Shown: positions 38,164 through 49,118, numbered from the stretch's first letter. The stretch is DNA of 64,000 bases from Cenarchaeum sp. (GCA_963693095.2 OY843768.1:768001-832000); one strand, 5' to 3'. Notes: generated from the sequence alone by a model not told the origin. Numbers and translations are program-made.

Positions 38164-40910
38164 TCCTGCCCGTCCCTCTTTGTTGGCGCCTGCGCGTCAG
38201 GTGCGGGCCGTGATCGTGATGGCTTTTTGCGCGAAGAGGCAGTCGGGGACTTGCGCGAGGGCGCCTTTGTCTCGCCGAGGGCAGCCTGCGCTGCGGCCAC
38301 GAGCGCTATGGGTATGCGGTGCGGCGAGGCGCTCACATAGTCCACGCCGGCCGCATGGCAGAACGCTATCGAGGACGGATCGCCGCCGTGCTCGCCGCAG
38401 ATTCCGACCTCCATTCCGGCCCGCGCGGCGCGCCCTGAGGACATGCTGATCCGCATGAGCTCGCCGACGCCATCCTCGTCTATTGACTGGAAGGGGCTGG
38501 TCCGGATGATCTCCTTTGCCATGTACTCTGGCAGGAACTTGCTCTCGGCATCCTCGCGGCTAAAGCTGAACGTCGCCTGCGTGAGGTCGTTGGTCCCAAA
38601 GCTGAAAAACTCGGCAGTCTTTGCGAGCTCGCCAGACGTCAAGGCCGCGCGAACCACCTCGATCATGGTCCCAAAGCTTATGCGCGGGGTAACCTTGTGC
38701 TTTTTGGCAATGTCCGCAGAAACGCGGTCAAAGATGCCACGAACCAGGAGGAGCTCGGCGGCGCTGCCCACCTGCGGAACCATTATCTGCGCTATCGCGC
38801 GAACCTTTTTGCGCGAGAGCGATATTGCCGCCTCAAAGACTGCGCGTATCTGCATCTCGTATATCTCGGGGAACGTCACGCCGACACGGACGCCCCTGTG
38901 GCCCATCATTGGGTTGACCTCAGAAAGGTCGACGGCGCGCTGCTGAAGGGCCTTTTCGGCCTCCATCTTTCTCTTGGCCTTTATCTTGCGCAGGCGGGAC
39001 ATGCGCTCGCCAAACTCTGCGGGGTTTGGCAGGAATTCGTGGAGCGGCGGGTCAAGGAGGCGTATAGTCACGGGACGGCCGTCCATTGCGCGGAGTATCT
39101 TTGCAAAGTCGTTGCGCTGCAAAACCTCGAGCTTTGTGAGGATTGCGCGGCGCTTCTCCTCGTTGTCGGCCATTATCATGTCGACAAAGAGGCCGATCCG
39201 GTCCTTTTCGTTAAACATGCGCTCGGTCCGGCACAGGCCAATTCCCTCAGCGCCGTTCTCGCGCGCGGCGCGCGCAGCCTCTGGCGTGTCGGCGTTGGCC
39301 CGCACGCCAAGCTTTTTGGAGGCGCGAGCCCAGCCCAGGATGGTCTTAAAGTCGCGCGTCACGCGCGGCGCGTTGGTCTCGACCTCGCCAGCATAGACTG
39401 TCCCGCTGTTGCCGTCGATCGTTATCGTGTCGCCCTCCTTTATCCTCGACTCGCCTGAGACGCACACGCGCGAGTTGGTGTCGATCCTCATGGCCGATGC
39501 CCCGACTATGCAGGGCTTGCCCATGCCGCGCGCGACTACTGCCGCATGCGAGGTCTTGCCGCCCTTGCTAGTGAGTATCCCGACTGACGAAAAGAACGCC
39601 GGCACGTCCTCGGGACGCGTCTCCTCGCGGACAAGAATGACGGGCTTGCCAGACTCGGCGGCGGCCGTCGCGCGCGCCACATCAAGGATCACAATGCCAG
39701 TCGCCGCGCCCGGCGAGGCGGCAATGCCCGATGTGAGCTGCTGCGCGGCGCGCGCAGCAGACATGCTGATCGTCGGGTGGAGGAGCTGCTCGAGCTGCTG
39801 TGCGCCAAGGCGCATTATCGCGCGATCGCGATCGATGAGGTCTTCAGAGACCATGTCAACTGACGTCTTTACCATTGCGGCGGCGTTCATCTTTGCGTTG
39901 CGCGTCTGCAGTAGGTAAAAGCTGCCAGTCTCGACTGTGAACTCGATATCCTGCGGCTCCTTAAAGTGCGTCTCCAAAAGCTTGCACGTCTCCTCGAGGC
40001 GCGCGTACATCTTTGGCATGTCCTTGCGCATCTCCGAGACCGGCTTTGGCGTGCGGCTTCCGGCAACGACGTCCTCACCCTGCGCATTGACAAGGTACTC
40101 GCCAAATATCCTCTTTTCGCCCGTGCCGGGGTTTCGCGTAAAGACCACGCCAGTCGCGCTGTTCGTGCCCCTGTTGCCAAAGACCATCGTCACTATGTTT
40201 ATCCCCGTCCCGTCGGCGATATCCTCGGTGATGCCGTTCTTGTCGCGATAGACGACGGCGCGCTCGCCCATCCAGCTGCGAAAGACGGCCTCGATCGCAA
40301 GCTCTAGCTGTTCTGTGGCGTCTGAGGGAAACGCCCTGCCGGCATGCTTTGAGAATATCTCCTTGTAGCGCGTGACGAGGCGGCGCAGCGAAATGTCATC
40401 TAGCTGCGAGTCGAGCTCGACCTTTGCTGCCCTCTTTGACTCGGCGAGTGCGGCCTCGAATAGCGAGTCGTCGATCCCAAAGACGACCTTGCCAAAGAGC
40501 TGCACGAGGCGCCGGTACGAGTCCCACGCAAAGCGCCGGCTCCCCGAGGATATCGCAAGGCCCTCGACGCTAGAGTCGTTGAGGCCGACGTTGAGTATGG
40601 TGTCCATCATGCCCGGCATGGAGATTGCGGCCCCAGAGCGGACCGAGACGAGTATTGGGTTGTTGCGCGAGCCCCATGTCTTGCCGGTTCGCTCCTCGAG
40701 CTTTGCCACGCTCTTGCGAACCTGGGCCATTAGCGTGGGCGGGAGCTTGCCGCCTGACGCATAGTAGGACTTGCACGCCTCTGTCGTTATGACAAAGCCC
40801 GGCGGGACCGGCAGGCCCATGCGCGTCATCTCGCAAAGTCCGGCGCCCTTGCCGCCTAGGAGCCTCCTGTTTGAGGGGTCGCCCTCGTCAAAAAAGTATA
40901 TTGGCTTCAT
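38160..40910 (-). CDS. ppdK: Pyruvate, phosphate dikinase
   Basis: LGGKGA, SVRSGA, MPGMMDT, TSHAAVVAR, GLCRTE, FSFGTNDL, CGEHGG. Confidence 0.97.
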   Translation of the reverse strand: MKPIYFFDEGDPSNRRLLGGKGAGLCEMTRMGLPVPPGFVITTEACKSYYASGGKLPPTLMAQVRKSVAKLEERTGKTWGSRNNPILVSVRSGAAISMPGMMDTILNVGLNDSSVEGLAISSGSRRFAWDSYRRLVQLFGKVVFGIDDSLFEAALAESKRAAKVELDSQLDDISLRRLVTRYKEIFSKHAGRAFPSDATEQLELAIEAVFRSWMGERAVVYRDKNGITEDIADGTGINIVTMVFGNRGTNSATGVVFTRNPGTGEKRIFGEYLVNAQGEDVVAGSRTPKPVSEMRKDMPKMYARLEETCKLLETHFKEPQDIEFTVETGSFYLLQTRNAKMNAAAMVKTSVDMVSEDLIDRDRAIMRLGAQQLEQLLHPTISMSAARAAQQLTSGIAASPGAATGIVILDVARATAAAESGKPVILVREETRPEDVPAFFSSVGILTSKGGKTSHAAVVARGMGKPCIVGASAMRIDTNSRVCVSGESRIKEGDTITIDGNSGTVYAGEVETNAPRVTRDFKTILGWARASKKLGVRANADTPEAARAARENGAEGIGLCRTERMFNEKDRIGLFVDMIMADNEEKRRAILTKLEVLQRNDFAKILRAMDGRPVTIRLLDPPLHEFLPNPAEFGERMSRLRKIKAKRKMEAEKALQQRAVDLSEVNPMMGHRGVRVGVTFPEIYEMQIRAVFEAAISLSRKKVRAIAQIMVPQVGSAAELLLVRGIFDRVSADIAKKHKVTPRISFGTMIEVVRAALTSGELAKTAEFFSFGTNDLTQATFSFSREDAESKFLPEYMAKEIIRTSPFQSIDEDGVGELMRISMSSGRAARAGMEVGICGEHGGDPSSIAFCHAAGVDYVSASPHRIPIALVAAAQAALGETKAPSRKSPTASSRKKPSRSRPAPDAQAPTKRDGQD

Positions 40911-41084
40911 TCTCGCGCGCGCGCGTAATTTAGCGGTGCTTTAAAGGGTTGCCCATTTTCACGGATTCTAGATCTGCCGGGGCGGGCGCGGCCCATGTGG
41001 ACAGGCCCTGAAAGCAGGTGCCCCACGCAGGCCGGCGGTGCCCAACCCCGTGGCCACCAGAGCCCTCCTGCAAACGCCTCGCCG

Positions 41085-42311
41085 TCACGGGGCGCCAGGA
41101 GGCGCCGGCGGCGGGACATGGCCATCAGGCCCTCCAGGACCGTTCCCCATGCCGCCCTCCCCCATGATGTCCAGGACCTCGCGCGCCGCATAGACGACTG
41201 TCTTTGTGCCAGAGGGCACGCGCTCGAGTATGCCGGCCTTTATGGCGTTGCCGACTATGTGCGTCGTGCTGCGGTTGCCCAGGCCGATGGCCTGCTTTGC
41301 GGCCGGCACGGTCATGCAGGGGTTTTCAAACAGCATGTCCACAATGCGCGCCGCGCTGGGGCTCGAGGTGACTGTGCGCATCCTTGCGACATACTCGGCG
41401 TGCAGGCCCGCAAGGCCTGTCATGGTGCGCAGTCCGGCACCTGCGCGCAGCTCGCACGCGTCAAGAAAGAACGCAATCCAGGCCGGCCATGCGCCAGAGC
41501 CCGCCGCACCGCGTAGGAGGCTGCGGTACTCGGTTTGCCTTGCCCCAAAGTGCTCGCTCAGGTCAAGGACTTGCGACGTGAGGAGGCCGTACTTTCGCAT
41601 CAGCAGCGCAGTGAATATCCTTCCAACCCTGCCGTTGCCTCCCATAAACGGGCTAATTGCCTCAAACTGGCAGTGGGCCACGGCACAGCGCACGAGATCG
41701 GCATCACGGCAGTCCGGCAGGTTGACATATTCCACAAGGTTCTCCATCAGTGGGCCGACCATGTCAGGTGCTGGCGGTGCGCACGTGTTGTGCGCATCAG
41801 GGCTGCCATCCCCGACGACTGGATCCTGGACGCGCCGAAGCTCGCCGGGCACATGTCCGGACTCGGAGCCCTGCGCGTACTGCCTCCCCTCAAAGAGGAG
41901 CTCGTGCGCGCGCGCAATGTCATGCAGGCCAATGTCTGAGCCCTGGTCAGTCGCATCCAGGGTATGGCGCAGCGAGCGAGCCGCAGCCTCGGCGTCGCCC
42001 AGCGCATCGGTCCCGTCACCACGGCGCCGTGGCGCTCCCATTATCATGCGCTGCAAGAGCTCGCCGTGCGTCACGCCTATCCCGTCCATGCGGCAGCTCG
42101 CCACTGCCTCGCCGGCAATGCGCATGGTGGGGCGCGCCGAGGCGCCCCCGCTGACGCCGGCGAGTCCAAACCTCTCGACTGCGGCCACGGCGTCGCCCAG
42201 CCTGCCCTCGGCCCCGTCACCCTCCCAGTGCGCGGCTGCCAGGTCCAGGGGCGCCAGGTCGTGGCCAACGCCGCCCTCATGCGTCCCGTCTCCGGCCGAG
42301 TCTGGCTCCAT
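41085..42311 (-). CDS. Fic family protein with C-terminal wHTH and degenerate active site
   Basis: AHCQFEAISPFMGGNGRVGRI versus canonical HPFxDGNGRxxR; PGELRRVQ; LFENPCMTV-type wHTH. Confidence 0.85.
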   Translation of the reverse strand: MEPDSAGDGTHEGGVGHDLAPLDLAAAHWEGDGAEGRLGDAVAAVERFGLAGVSGGASARPTMRIAGEAVASCRMDGIGVTHGELLQRMIMGAPRRRGDGTDALGDAEAAARSLRHTLDATDQGSDIGLHDIARAHELLFEGRQYAQGSESGHVPGELRRVQDPVVGDGSPDAHNTCAPPAPDMVGPLMENLVEYVNLPDCRDADLVRCAVAHCQFEAISPFMGGNGRVGRIFTALLMRKYGLLTSQVLDLSEHFGARQTEYRSLLRGAAGSGAWPAWIAFFLDACELRAGAGLRTMTGLAGLHAEYVARMRTVTSSPSAARIVDMLFENPCMTVPAAKQAIGLGNRSTTHIVGNAIKAGILERVPSGTKTVVYAAREVLDIMGEGGMGNGPGGPDGHVPPPAPPGAP

Positions 42312-42351
42312 GGGCCAATTCGGCGGCAGTCTGCCTATTAATGTCGCGGAC

Positions 42352-42581
42352 ACGTTCAGTAGTTGGTCATGTGCTCGTGGAGGGCACAAAACGGCCCCCG
42401 TGGCCGCCCGAAATGCAAACAGGGCAATTGGGGGGCGGCCCCTGGCGGCCCGCTTGCTTCGAATAGGGGGCCGCCTGACCCTGGTGGCGTTCATGGCCGC
42501 CGTGGCGCTGGACGACGAGTGCGTGCGCTCCCCGGAAGCCGCCCCCCAGGCTGGTCTCCCTGTCAGGCACATGATCGACTA
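42352..42581 (-). repeat. ~230-bp inverted repeat, left copy (MITE/IS-remnant-like)
   Basis: Reverse complement of 43357-43581 with few substitutions and one short indel. Confidence 0.9.
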
Positions 42582-42693
42582 GAGCCTCAGTCGATCATGC
42601 GCTCTAGCCGATCAGCCATGATGCGGCAGCCGCGGGAGGACGCACGGGTCACTCTGCCGATCCAAGCCACGACCGACAGACACGCGCTGCGCG

Positions 42694-43059
42694 TCATCGA
42701 AAGATGTCCCACAGGCCCGTAGTTGAGCGCATAATCTCCACGAACAAGATGACGGCCATGCCGCCCCACACACTGATCGCGACGTTCCACCCATAGCGCC
42801 TCCACCACGTCTCCTTGAACCTCTCCAGTACACATATGCTAACATTGGGGAATGTGTTGTTCAGCTTGCGTTGCACCTTGTGCAACGCAAACGAGTTTGG
42901 CACGCTTACACTAAACACGCATACGCACACATTGCCAGTTTGAACAACAACGCCTACATCAATGGGCCTTTTGAACTGCTCTTCAAATACTGGAACCAAG
43001 TCTTCGACAAGGTTGATGTCATCATGGTATACAACCACAATGGAGATTAGGCGGGTCAT
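42694..43059 (-). CDS. Hypothetical protein with C-terminal TM helix (cargo gene 2)
   Basis: 121-aa lower-GC ORF, 10 bp downstream of cargo gene 1. Confidence 0.55.
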   Translation of the reverse strand: MTRLISIVVVYHDDINLVEDLVPVFEEQFKRPIDVGVVVQTGNVCVCVFSVSVPNSFALHKVQRKLNNTFPNVSICVLERFKETWWRRYGWNVAISVWGGMAVILFVEIMRSTTGLWDIFR

Positions 43060-43069
43060 TCACGATCCA

Positions 43070-43306
43070 TCAAGACTCCACCCTCACACTTATGTCGATT
43101 ACGTCCCTGCCCGCCAGCTCTTTGAGCTCTAACATGCGGCCCACGGCGGCGGCAGCGGACGGAAACTCGCGCTCCCCGACATGGTTATATGCCGCATACG
43201 GCGAGGCGTCACTCACCTTACAGTCGTGCATCAGGGCCTTTATGCGTGCACACGCCTCCTTGTCATCCTCGTTACGGCACAAAACATGAAACTTTGCCCT
43301 TGCCAT
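43070..43306 (-). CDS. Small hypothetical protein (cargo gene 1)
   Basis: 78-aa ORF with TATA-like ttaatatatt ~25-30 nt upstream. Confidence 0.6.
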   Translation of the reverse strand: MARAKFHVLCRNEDDKEACARIKALMHDCKVSDASPYAAYNHVGEREFPSAAAAVGRMLELKELAGRDVIDISVRVES

Positions 43307-43356
43307 GATGGCAGGGCGAGCAGGCGGCGAATATATTAATGATTTGGTGGCTCCAG

Positions 43357-43581
43357 TAGTCGATCATGTGCCTGACAGGGAGACCAGCCGGGGGGCTTCC
43401 GGGGGCGCACGCACTCGTCGTCCGGCGCCACGGCGGCCATGAACGCCACCAGGGTCAGGCGGCCCCTTGTTCGAAGCAAGCGGGTCACCCGAGGCCGCCC
43501 CCCAATTGTCCTGTTTGCGTTTCGGGCGGCCACGGGGGCCGTTTTGTGCCCTCCCCGAGCACATGACCAACTACTGAACGT
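43357..43581 (+). repeat. ~225-bp inverted repeat, right copy
   Basis: tagtcgatcatgtgcctgacaggg...catgaccaactactgaacgt. Confidence 0.9.
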
Positions 43582-43664
43582 TGCGCCGCGCGCACAATTG
43601 CCACGGGGCAGGCGCACGAGGGGCAGAATCAGAGATATATTCGCGCGCCGCAGCGGGGTGCGGC

Positions 43665-44021
43665 ATGGAGTTTCACCCGTCGATGGTGCCACTGGGCCCC
43701 ACGTACGACGTGGCCGACGAGCGCGGGGCCGCCGAGGCCGCCGGCGAGATCGCCTCGGCGTGGTCGCCGGGATCAGGCAAGGGCTTCAAGGTCCTCATGC
43801 CAAAGGAGAAAAAGCTCGCACAGAGGATGGGCCACACGGTCATGACGACGGTCAGCTATATGCTGCGAAAGGCCGGCATGGAGCGCGACGTCAGGTACTG
43901 GGTGTACCACGAGGACGCCGAGCACTATGCCATAGTCCTCGTCGACTCGGCGACGCTAGCGGGGATCGAGTCCAAGGCGGAGCTTGCCGGAGATGAGTCC
44001 GGCGATGAGAAGCCCAAGTAG
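43665..44021 (+). CDS. Hypothetical protein
   Basis: MEFHPSMVPLGPTY...; TATA-like gatatatt ~25 nt upstream. Confidence 0.75.
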   Translation: MEFHPSMVPLGPTYDVADERGAAEAAGEIASAWSPGSGKGFKVLMPKEKKLAQRMGHTVMTTVSYMLRKAGMERDVRYWVYHEDAEHYAIVLVDSATLAGIESKAELAGDESGDEKPK

Positions 44022-44615
44022 TGCACCGCCAATGACATCAGACGGATAGTGCTGCAGGACATACACGCGCGAGACCGAGACCATTGCCGGATAGAGCAGC
44101 ATGAGGTATGCGGCCGCGCCCAGTCTCGGGTACAGCGCGGCTCCAAGGACGAGCCCAAAGACTGCGGCGCGCGAGGCGTGGCCTGACGGGAATGACGCCG
44201 AGTATCCGCCCTCGCAAAAGAGCGAGTACGTGTCTGCGCCAATGCCGAGCGGCAATGTTGCGCCCATGTACTCTAGGCCGGGCCTGTCGCGCTCTATGCC
44301 GCACTTTGCGTATCCTGTGGCGAGTGTCGCGATGACAAGGGAGATCATTATTGCGAGGCCAATTTTCCGTGTTGGCCTGATGATGAGTATGATGACGCCA
44401 AAGATGAACATATAGTAAATGTCGCCAGTCTCGGTGATCACGTGCATGATGAGGTCTGCCGTGTCGTTCTGCCCGCTGACTGTCTGTGTGGCCTCGATGA
44501 CTGCCTCATCGAGCGGGGTGAGGACGCCCTGCATGACGAGGAGCGTCGTGGCCACGAGGAGAACCGAGAGGAGCGCCGTGGGGCGTGACCTCACCTCGAA
44601 TGCCCAGCTGCGCAT
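43956..44615 (-). CDS. PAP2-family membrane phosphatase
   Basis: KCGIERDRP, SFPSGH, SRVYVLQHYPSDV. Confidence 0.9.
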   Translation of the reverse strand: MRSWAFEVRSRPTALLSVLLVATTLLVMQGVLTPLDEAVIEATQTVSGQNDTADLIMHVITETGDIYYMFIFGVIILIIRPTRKIGLAIMISLVIATLATGYAKCGIERDRPGLEYMGATLPLGIGADTYSLFCEGGYSASFPSGHASRAAVFGLVLGAALYPRLGAAAYLMLLYPAMVSVSRVYVLQHYPSDVIGGALLGLLIAGLISGKLRLGLDPR

Positions 44616-45629
44616 GACGCGCGGGAGGAAAAGGCGGGTATTAATCATTTAGGCGCAAGGACAAAACAAAATCACAGTAATGTCAGCACAAGACGATGTA
44701 AAACCGCCATATATTGGCCATTGGACACACCTGCTAGCAAAATTTCACACATGCACGAACTATCACAAATTAACAGTAGAGAGAACACAAGGTTTGAATC
44801 AGAATTCCACACGGAGACGTTTATCAATAGACCAAACGCCATAGCATAAATACACTGATCGGCGAAATGCAGCACCGGGTTTTGACAGAGGCTGCCGAAA
44901 AACCACACAGATTGCGTTAGATCAGCCATGGTGATCGGAAACAGCCACTGTACAAGATAAAGCAGGCCAATAGCCCCAAACAGCGAAAGGGCAAGATCCA
45001 ATGATCAGCGGTTGATAAATACTATGTCAGATCTAGGGTCAAATTATGAACAAAACGCACCGATAATCGAATGAAGCATGAAAACTAATAAACCCCCAAG
45101 TATCGCATGGCGATAGCCATGATGGAATTAAAGCCCGGTCTGGCGGCAGGTAACGCAGTGCAAATAGCACATCCCCAGAACAAGCAAACACAAAACTATG
45201 AGGCAAAATTTAGCACTAATGAGTGGCATTATCAAAGGATCGAGAGTTTCCACACAGACACATATGCACGAATTGTGAAAAATATGAAAAGTGTCAATAA
45301 TATGTATCCAGTATGTGAAACGTGTCTAGAATCGGACGCCCGGCAACGCCCAGAGCCAAGGCAAGTGAATAGAATCTGGAAGCAGAGCATTTTCACTAGG
45401 GGGGGGGGGGCAAGTGTCAAACAGGCCATAATTATTCACAAAAATTAAAAAACGAACCCATAAGCGACAAATCGTCAAACGCAATTATATACAATATATG
45501 GCTACATGAAAGAAAATGTGTTGATTTGTATAATAGTTGTAAATACGAACAAGTGTGCAACATAGTACATTCAACCAATATCAACAAACAAAAAAAGATC
45601 ATACATCAATATGTAAGGAATGAAATAGC

Positions 45630-46697
45630 ATGAACAAAAAATCACCTGCAAATAAAAATTTGAATGTGTTAGATCTGTTTGCTGGAGCAGGGGGATTAAG
45701 CTATGGATTGCAATTAGCTGGATGTAATGTAATTGCCGGAATTGATAAAGATGCTGATTGTAAAGAAACGTTTTTGAAAAATCATCCCAATTCAAAATAT
45801 CTTACCAAAGACATAAAAACAATATGTAGGAAAGACATATACGATATCATTGGAAAAAATAACATAGACATAATTGTTGGGGGGCCGCCATGCCAAGGAT
45901 TTAGCATATCAGGCAAACGTATAGAACACGATCCTCGAAATCAGCTATACAATCATTTTTTAAAAATAATAGATGTGATCAAACCACAGGCAGTTTTAGT
46001 AGAAAATGTTCCAGGATTACGCACGTTATTTAATGGTACAATATTAGATGATTTGTTGACAAAACTACAAACACGGAGATATAATGTTAATGTGAGTATA
46101 TTGTCATCAGAAAGATACGGTGTGCCACAAGCACGTAAACGGATATTCATAGTGGGGATAAAAGGAGAACACTACAGATTTCCCAAACCAAGCAATAAAC
46201 AAATTACATTGTGGGATGCCATAAGTGATCTTCCACTATTGAATAAAAATATCACATCAACAGAATATCGTTCGAAACCAAAAAACAAATATCAAGAATT
46301 TATGCGAAAAGAGTCCAATCATATATCAAACCACACTGCAACAAAACATACCAAACAAACAAAAAGGATAATATCTATGGTCCCGGAAGGTAAAAATTAT
46401 AAAGCACTTCCAAAACACTTACAAAAAATTCGTAATGTTCACATTGCATGGACTAGACTGGATAGTTCAAAACCTTCGTTGACCATCGATACTGGTCATC
46501 GTCACCACTTTCATCCCAAAGCAAATAGAGTGCCAACAGTGAGGGAATCAGCCAGAATACAGTCTTTCCCAGATAACTTTAGATTTTTTGGGAATAAGAC
46601 CTCACAATATCGTCAGGTCGGAAATGCAGTACCACCGTTGTTAGCATTGAAGCTTGGGGAGAGACTATTAGAAACATTGGGTGGCAATCATGTATAA
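45630..46697 (+). CDS. DNA (cytosine-5) methyltransferase M1
   Basis: DLFAGAGG, GGPPCQGFS, ENV, QARKR, RESARIQSFP, YRQVGNAV. Confidence 0.96.
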   Translation: MNKKSPANKNLNVLDLFAGAGGLSYGLQLAGCNVIAGIDKDADCKETFLKNHPNSKYLTKDIKTICRKDIYDIIGKNNIDIIVGGPPCQGFSISGKRIEHDPRNQLYNHFLKIIDVIKPQAVLVENVPGLRTLFNGTILDDLLTKLQTRRYNVNVSILSSERYGVPQARKRIFIVGIKGEHYRFPKPSNKQITLWDAISDLPLLNKNITSTEYRSKPKNKYQEFMRKESNHISNHTATKHTKQTKRIISMVPEGKNYKALPKHLQKIRNVHIAWTRLDSSKPSLTIDTGHRHHFHPKANRVPTVRESARIQSFPDNFRFFGNKTSQYRQVGNAVPPLLALKLGERLLETLGGNHV

Positions 46698-48141
46698 TGT
46701 TCCGTCCAAATATCAATTTAGAATACACCACATACGACCAAGGTTTAAGAACAGCATAGAAGATGTAATTATATTTATGGGAACGAACATAGCTTATATG
46801 AAACCAAATAAAAAAATAGAATTCGACAAGGAATTAGATAAAAAAATTAGGATGTATCCAGGCAATACAAGACGAACGGAAAAAACTATTTGCAATTGGA
46901 GAACCGAGATATCATCAATATTTGGATTTGTGATGGAAAATAAAAATGGCGAAATGTGCGCAGGAGACAATGCAGTAATGCTTGCCGAGCATCAAGATTT
47001 AGTAGAATTTTTCAAATATTTCACATATTTGTTTCAGTATCCCGGCGGACATATGAAGCCTGAAAAAACTCACGAGGTGATCAAAAAAAGGATAAAGTTT
47101 AAACCTGCACAATACATCATAAACGTTTTGTGGTCGGCAAATAATCGGTTTGGAAAATCATGGGGCATAACACGGGCAGAAACAACTCATTGTATTTTTA
47201 ATGATTTGAGAGTAACGAGAGATCATCGAAATGTTGATGAAATTATAGATTTGATTACACAAAACCGTGAAAATAAACAGCAGTACGATTGTAAAGGAGA
47301 TGTGATTAGATATGCCGGGGATATTCTCGACTATATGGTTCATGCAAACATATTATATTTGAAACCATCAGGTAAATATCATTTAAATGTAAACGAATCA
47401 GACACAATAAATCTTTTTAAAGATAACAACATATGGTTTAAGGGATTTGATAAATTATACGGTGTGGATAATTCTATAAATGATATTCGTAAAATATATA
47501 AAAAATGGTTTTTGTATGTAAATAGCCATGCAGGTAAAATAGAATTTGGAGAAAATAAAATAAAGACAGAAATACGACAAACAGCTAAACGCCAGACAGA
47601 TGACATAATTAAAGAATGTGCAGCGATAGGAAAAAGTGAGCACATAGCTGTAGAAATTGACTCAATTTTGAATAATCCAAATAAATCACCAAAAATCACT
47701 GGCGACACCGGAGAGGCGTTAGCACATAATCATGAATGTGAAGTACTTCGACTCAATAACAATAAACAGCTAATACACAAAATCATCAAACTTCCCAATA
47801 GCTTTGCTATGGGCTATGACATAAAATCATTTAATTCAAAACAAGTATTCAAACATATTGAAGTAAAGACCACGTCAAGCAAACACGCATTACGAATAAA
47901 GACTGTTCATTTAACAGATAATGAATGGGACGCTGCACATCATTATGGGTCAAGCTATTACATATACAGAATCACAATATTTGAACGTGATGAAAAAGCA
48001 TCTGCCGAGCTATACATTGTAAAAGACCCAGTACAACAAGCAAAAAATGGAAAATTATCAGTGAACGTAAATAATGGTGTGAATATTCTGTTTAAAGACG
48101 GGGCTGGGGAAAAAGTAGAGTTGTTACAATGGAAAAAATAA
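46690..48141 (+). CDS. Putative type II restriction endonuclease with C-terminal DUF3883-like PD-(D/E)XK domain
   Basis: GDTGE...GYDIKSF...IEVKTT...LTDNEW...YYIYR; overlaps both flanking MTase genes. Confidence 0.8.
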   Translation: MYNVPSKYQFRIHHIRPRFKNSIEDVIIFMGTNIAYMKPNKKIEFDKELDKKIRMYPGNTRRTEKTICNWRTEISSIFGFVMENKNGEMCAGDNAVMLAEHQDLVEFFKYFTYLFQYPGGHMKPEKTHEVIKKRIKFKPAQYIINVLWSANNRFGKSWGITRAETTHCIFNDLRVTRDHRNVDEIIDLITQNRENKQQYDCKGDVIRYAGDILDYMVHANILYLKPSGKYHLNVNESDTINLFKDNNIWFKGFDKLYGVDNSINDIRKIYKKWFLYVNSHAGKIEFGENKIKTEIRQTAKRQTDDIIKECAAIGKSEHIAVEIDSILNNPNKSPKITGDTGEALAHNHECEVLRLNNNKQLIHKIIKLPNSFAMGYDIKSFNSKQVFKHIEVKTTSSKHALRIKTVHLTDNEWDAAHHYGSSYYIYRITIFERDEKASAELYIVKDPVQQAKNGKLSVNVNNGVNILFKDGAGEKVELLQWKK

Positions 48142-49118
48142 GAATAGCGTCATTATTTACAGGATGTGGGGGAATGGATCTTGGGATACAGGGAGGATTC
48201 AGATATTTGGGGAAGTATTATTCCAAAAACCCAATTCAGCACGTATTTGCCAATGACATAGAACAGGGAGCATGTGACATATTTAGGGACAATTTTAATA
48301 CACCCATTACAAAAATGGATATGAAGCACGTCTCAACGACTAACATACCAGATCACGATATACTTATTGCAGGATTTCCGTGTCAGTCATTTTCAATTGT
48401 GGCACAGAATCCAGTCCGATTAGGAATAAAATCAGACAATGGAATACTATTTAGAGAGATGATCAGGGTGTTAAAAGATAAAAAACCATTGTGTTTCATA
48501 GCAGAAAATGTAAAAGGAATATTATCCGCAAACAATAAAAAAGCATTCCCGCTAATCATAAATGAATTTAAAAATGCTGGATACACGGTAGAGTGGAAGT
48601 TGGTCAATTCAGCAAATTTTGGAATTCCACAACGGCGTGAACGAGTATTTATAATTGGATTCAGAAACCAACTGAACAAAAAACCAGTAATTACCATACC
48701 GGATCTAAAATTAACACCATTAAAAAAAGTGTTATTAGATCGAGAGTCAATTGATAAACGTTATTACTTCAGTAAAAAAGCAATTGAGGGGTTAAAACGG
48801 TCATGTAAAAATCATCCAGATATGAACAAAGGCAGATTTCAAGATAGAGACGCACCTAGCGCCACAATGAGTGCGCATCTTTGTAAAGCTAGTTTAAACA
48901 GCATGGATCCAGTATTAAAAGAAGGTAGAAGATTCAGGAGATTCACACCTAGAGAAGTGGCCAGAATTCAATCATTTCCAGATGAGTTTAAGCTCAACAC
49001 ATCTGATAAAAAACAATATGTCGCACTAGGTAATGCAGTACCCCCAATAGTAATGTGGCACATATCAAAATCAGTTTTACGGCAGATCAAAGCTCTAAAA
49101 CAGAATCAAGAAAAATAG
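48129..49118 (+). CDS. DNA (cytosine-5) methyltransferase M2
   Basis: SLFTGCGG, GFPCQSFS, ENV, QRRER, REVARIQSFP, LGNAV. Confidence 0.96.
   Translation: MEKIRIASLFTGCGGMDLGIQGGFRYLGKYYSKNPIQHVFANDIEQGACDIFRDNFNTPITKMDMKHVSTTNIPDHDILIAGFPCQSFSIVAQNPVRLGIKSDNGILFREMIRVLKDKKPLCFIAENVKGILSANNKKAFPLIINEFKNAGYTVEWKLVNSANFGIPQRRERVFIIGFRNQLNKKPVITIPDLKLTPLKKVLLDRESIDKRYYFSKKAIEGLKRSCKNHPDMNKGRFQDRDAPSATMSAHLCKASLNSMDPVLKEGRRFRRFTPREVARIQSFPDEFKLNTSDKKQYVALGNAVPPIVMWHISKSVLRQIKALKQNQEK

Noticed and set aside
44672-45448. ORFs 44672-45001 (-) and 45107-45448 (+) at the island edge
   Set aside because: No recognisable motifs; possibly a decayed membrane-protein gene, and no Vsr or controller protein could be supported
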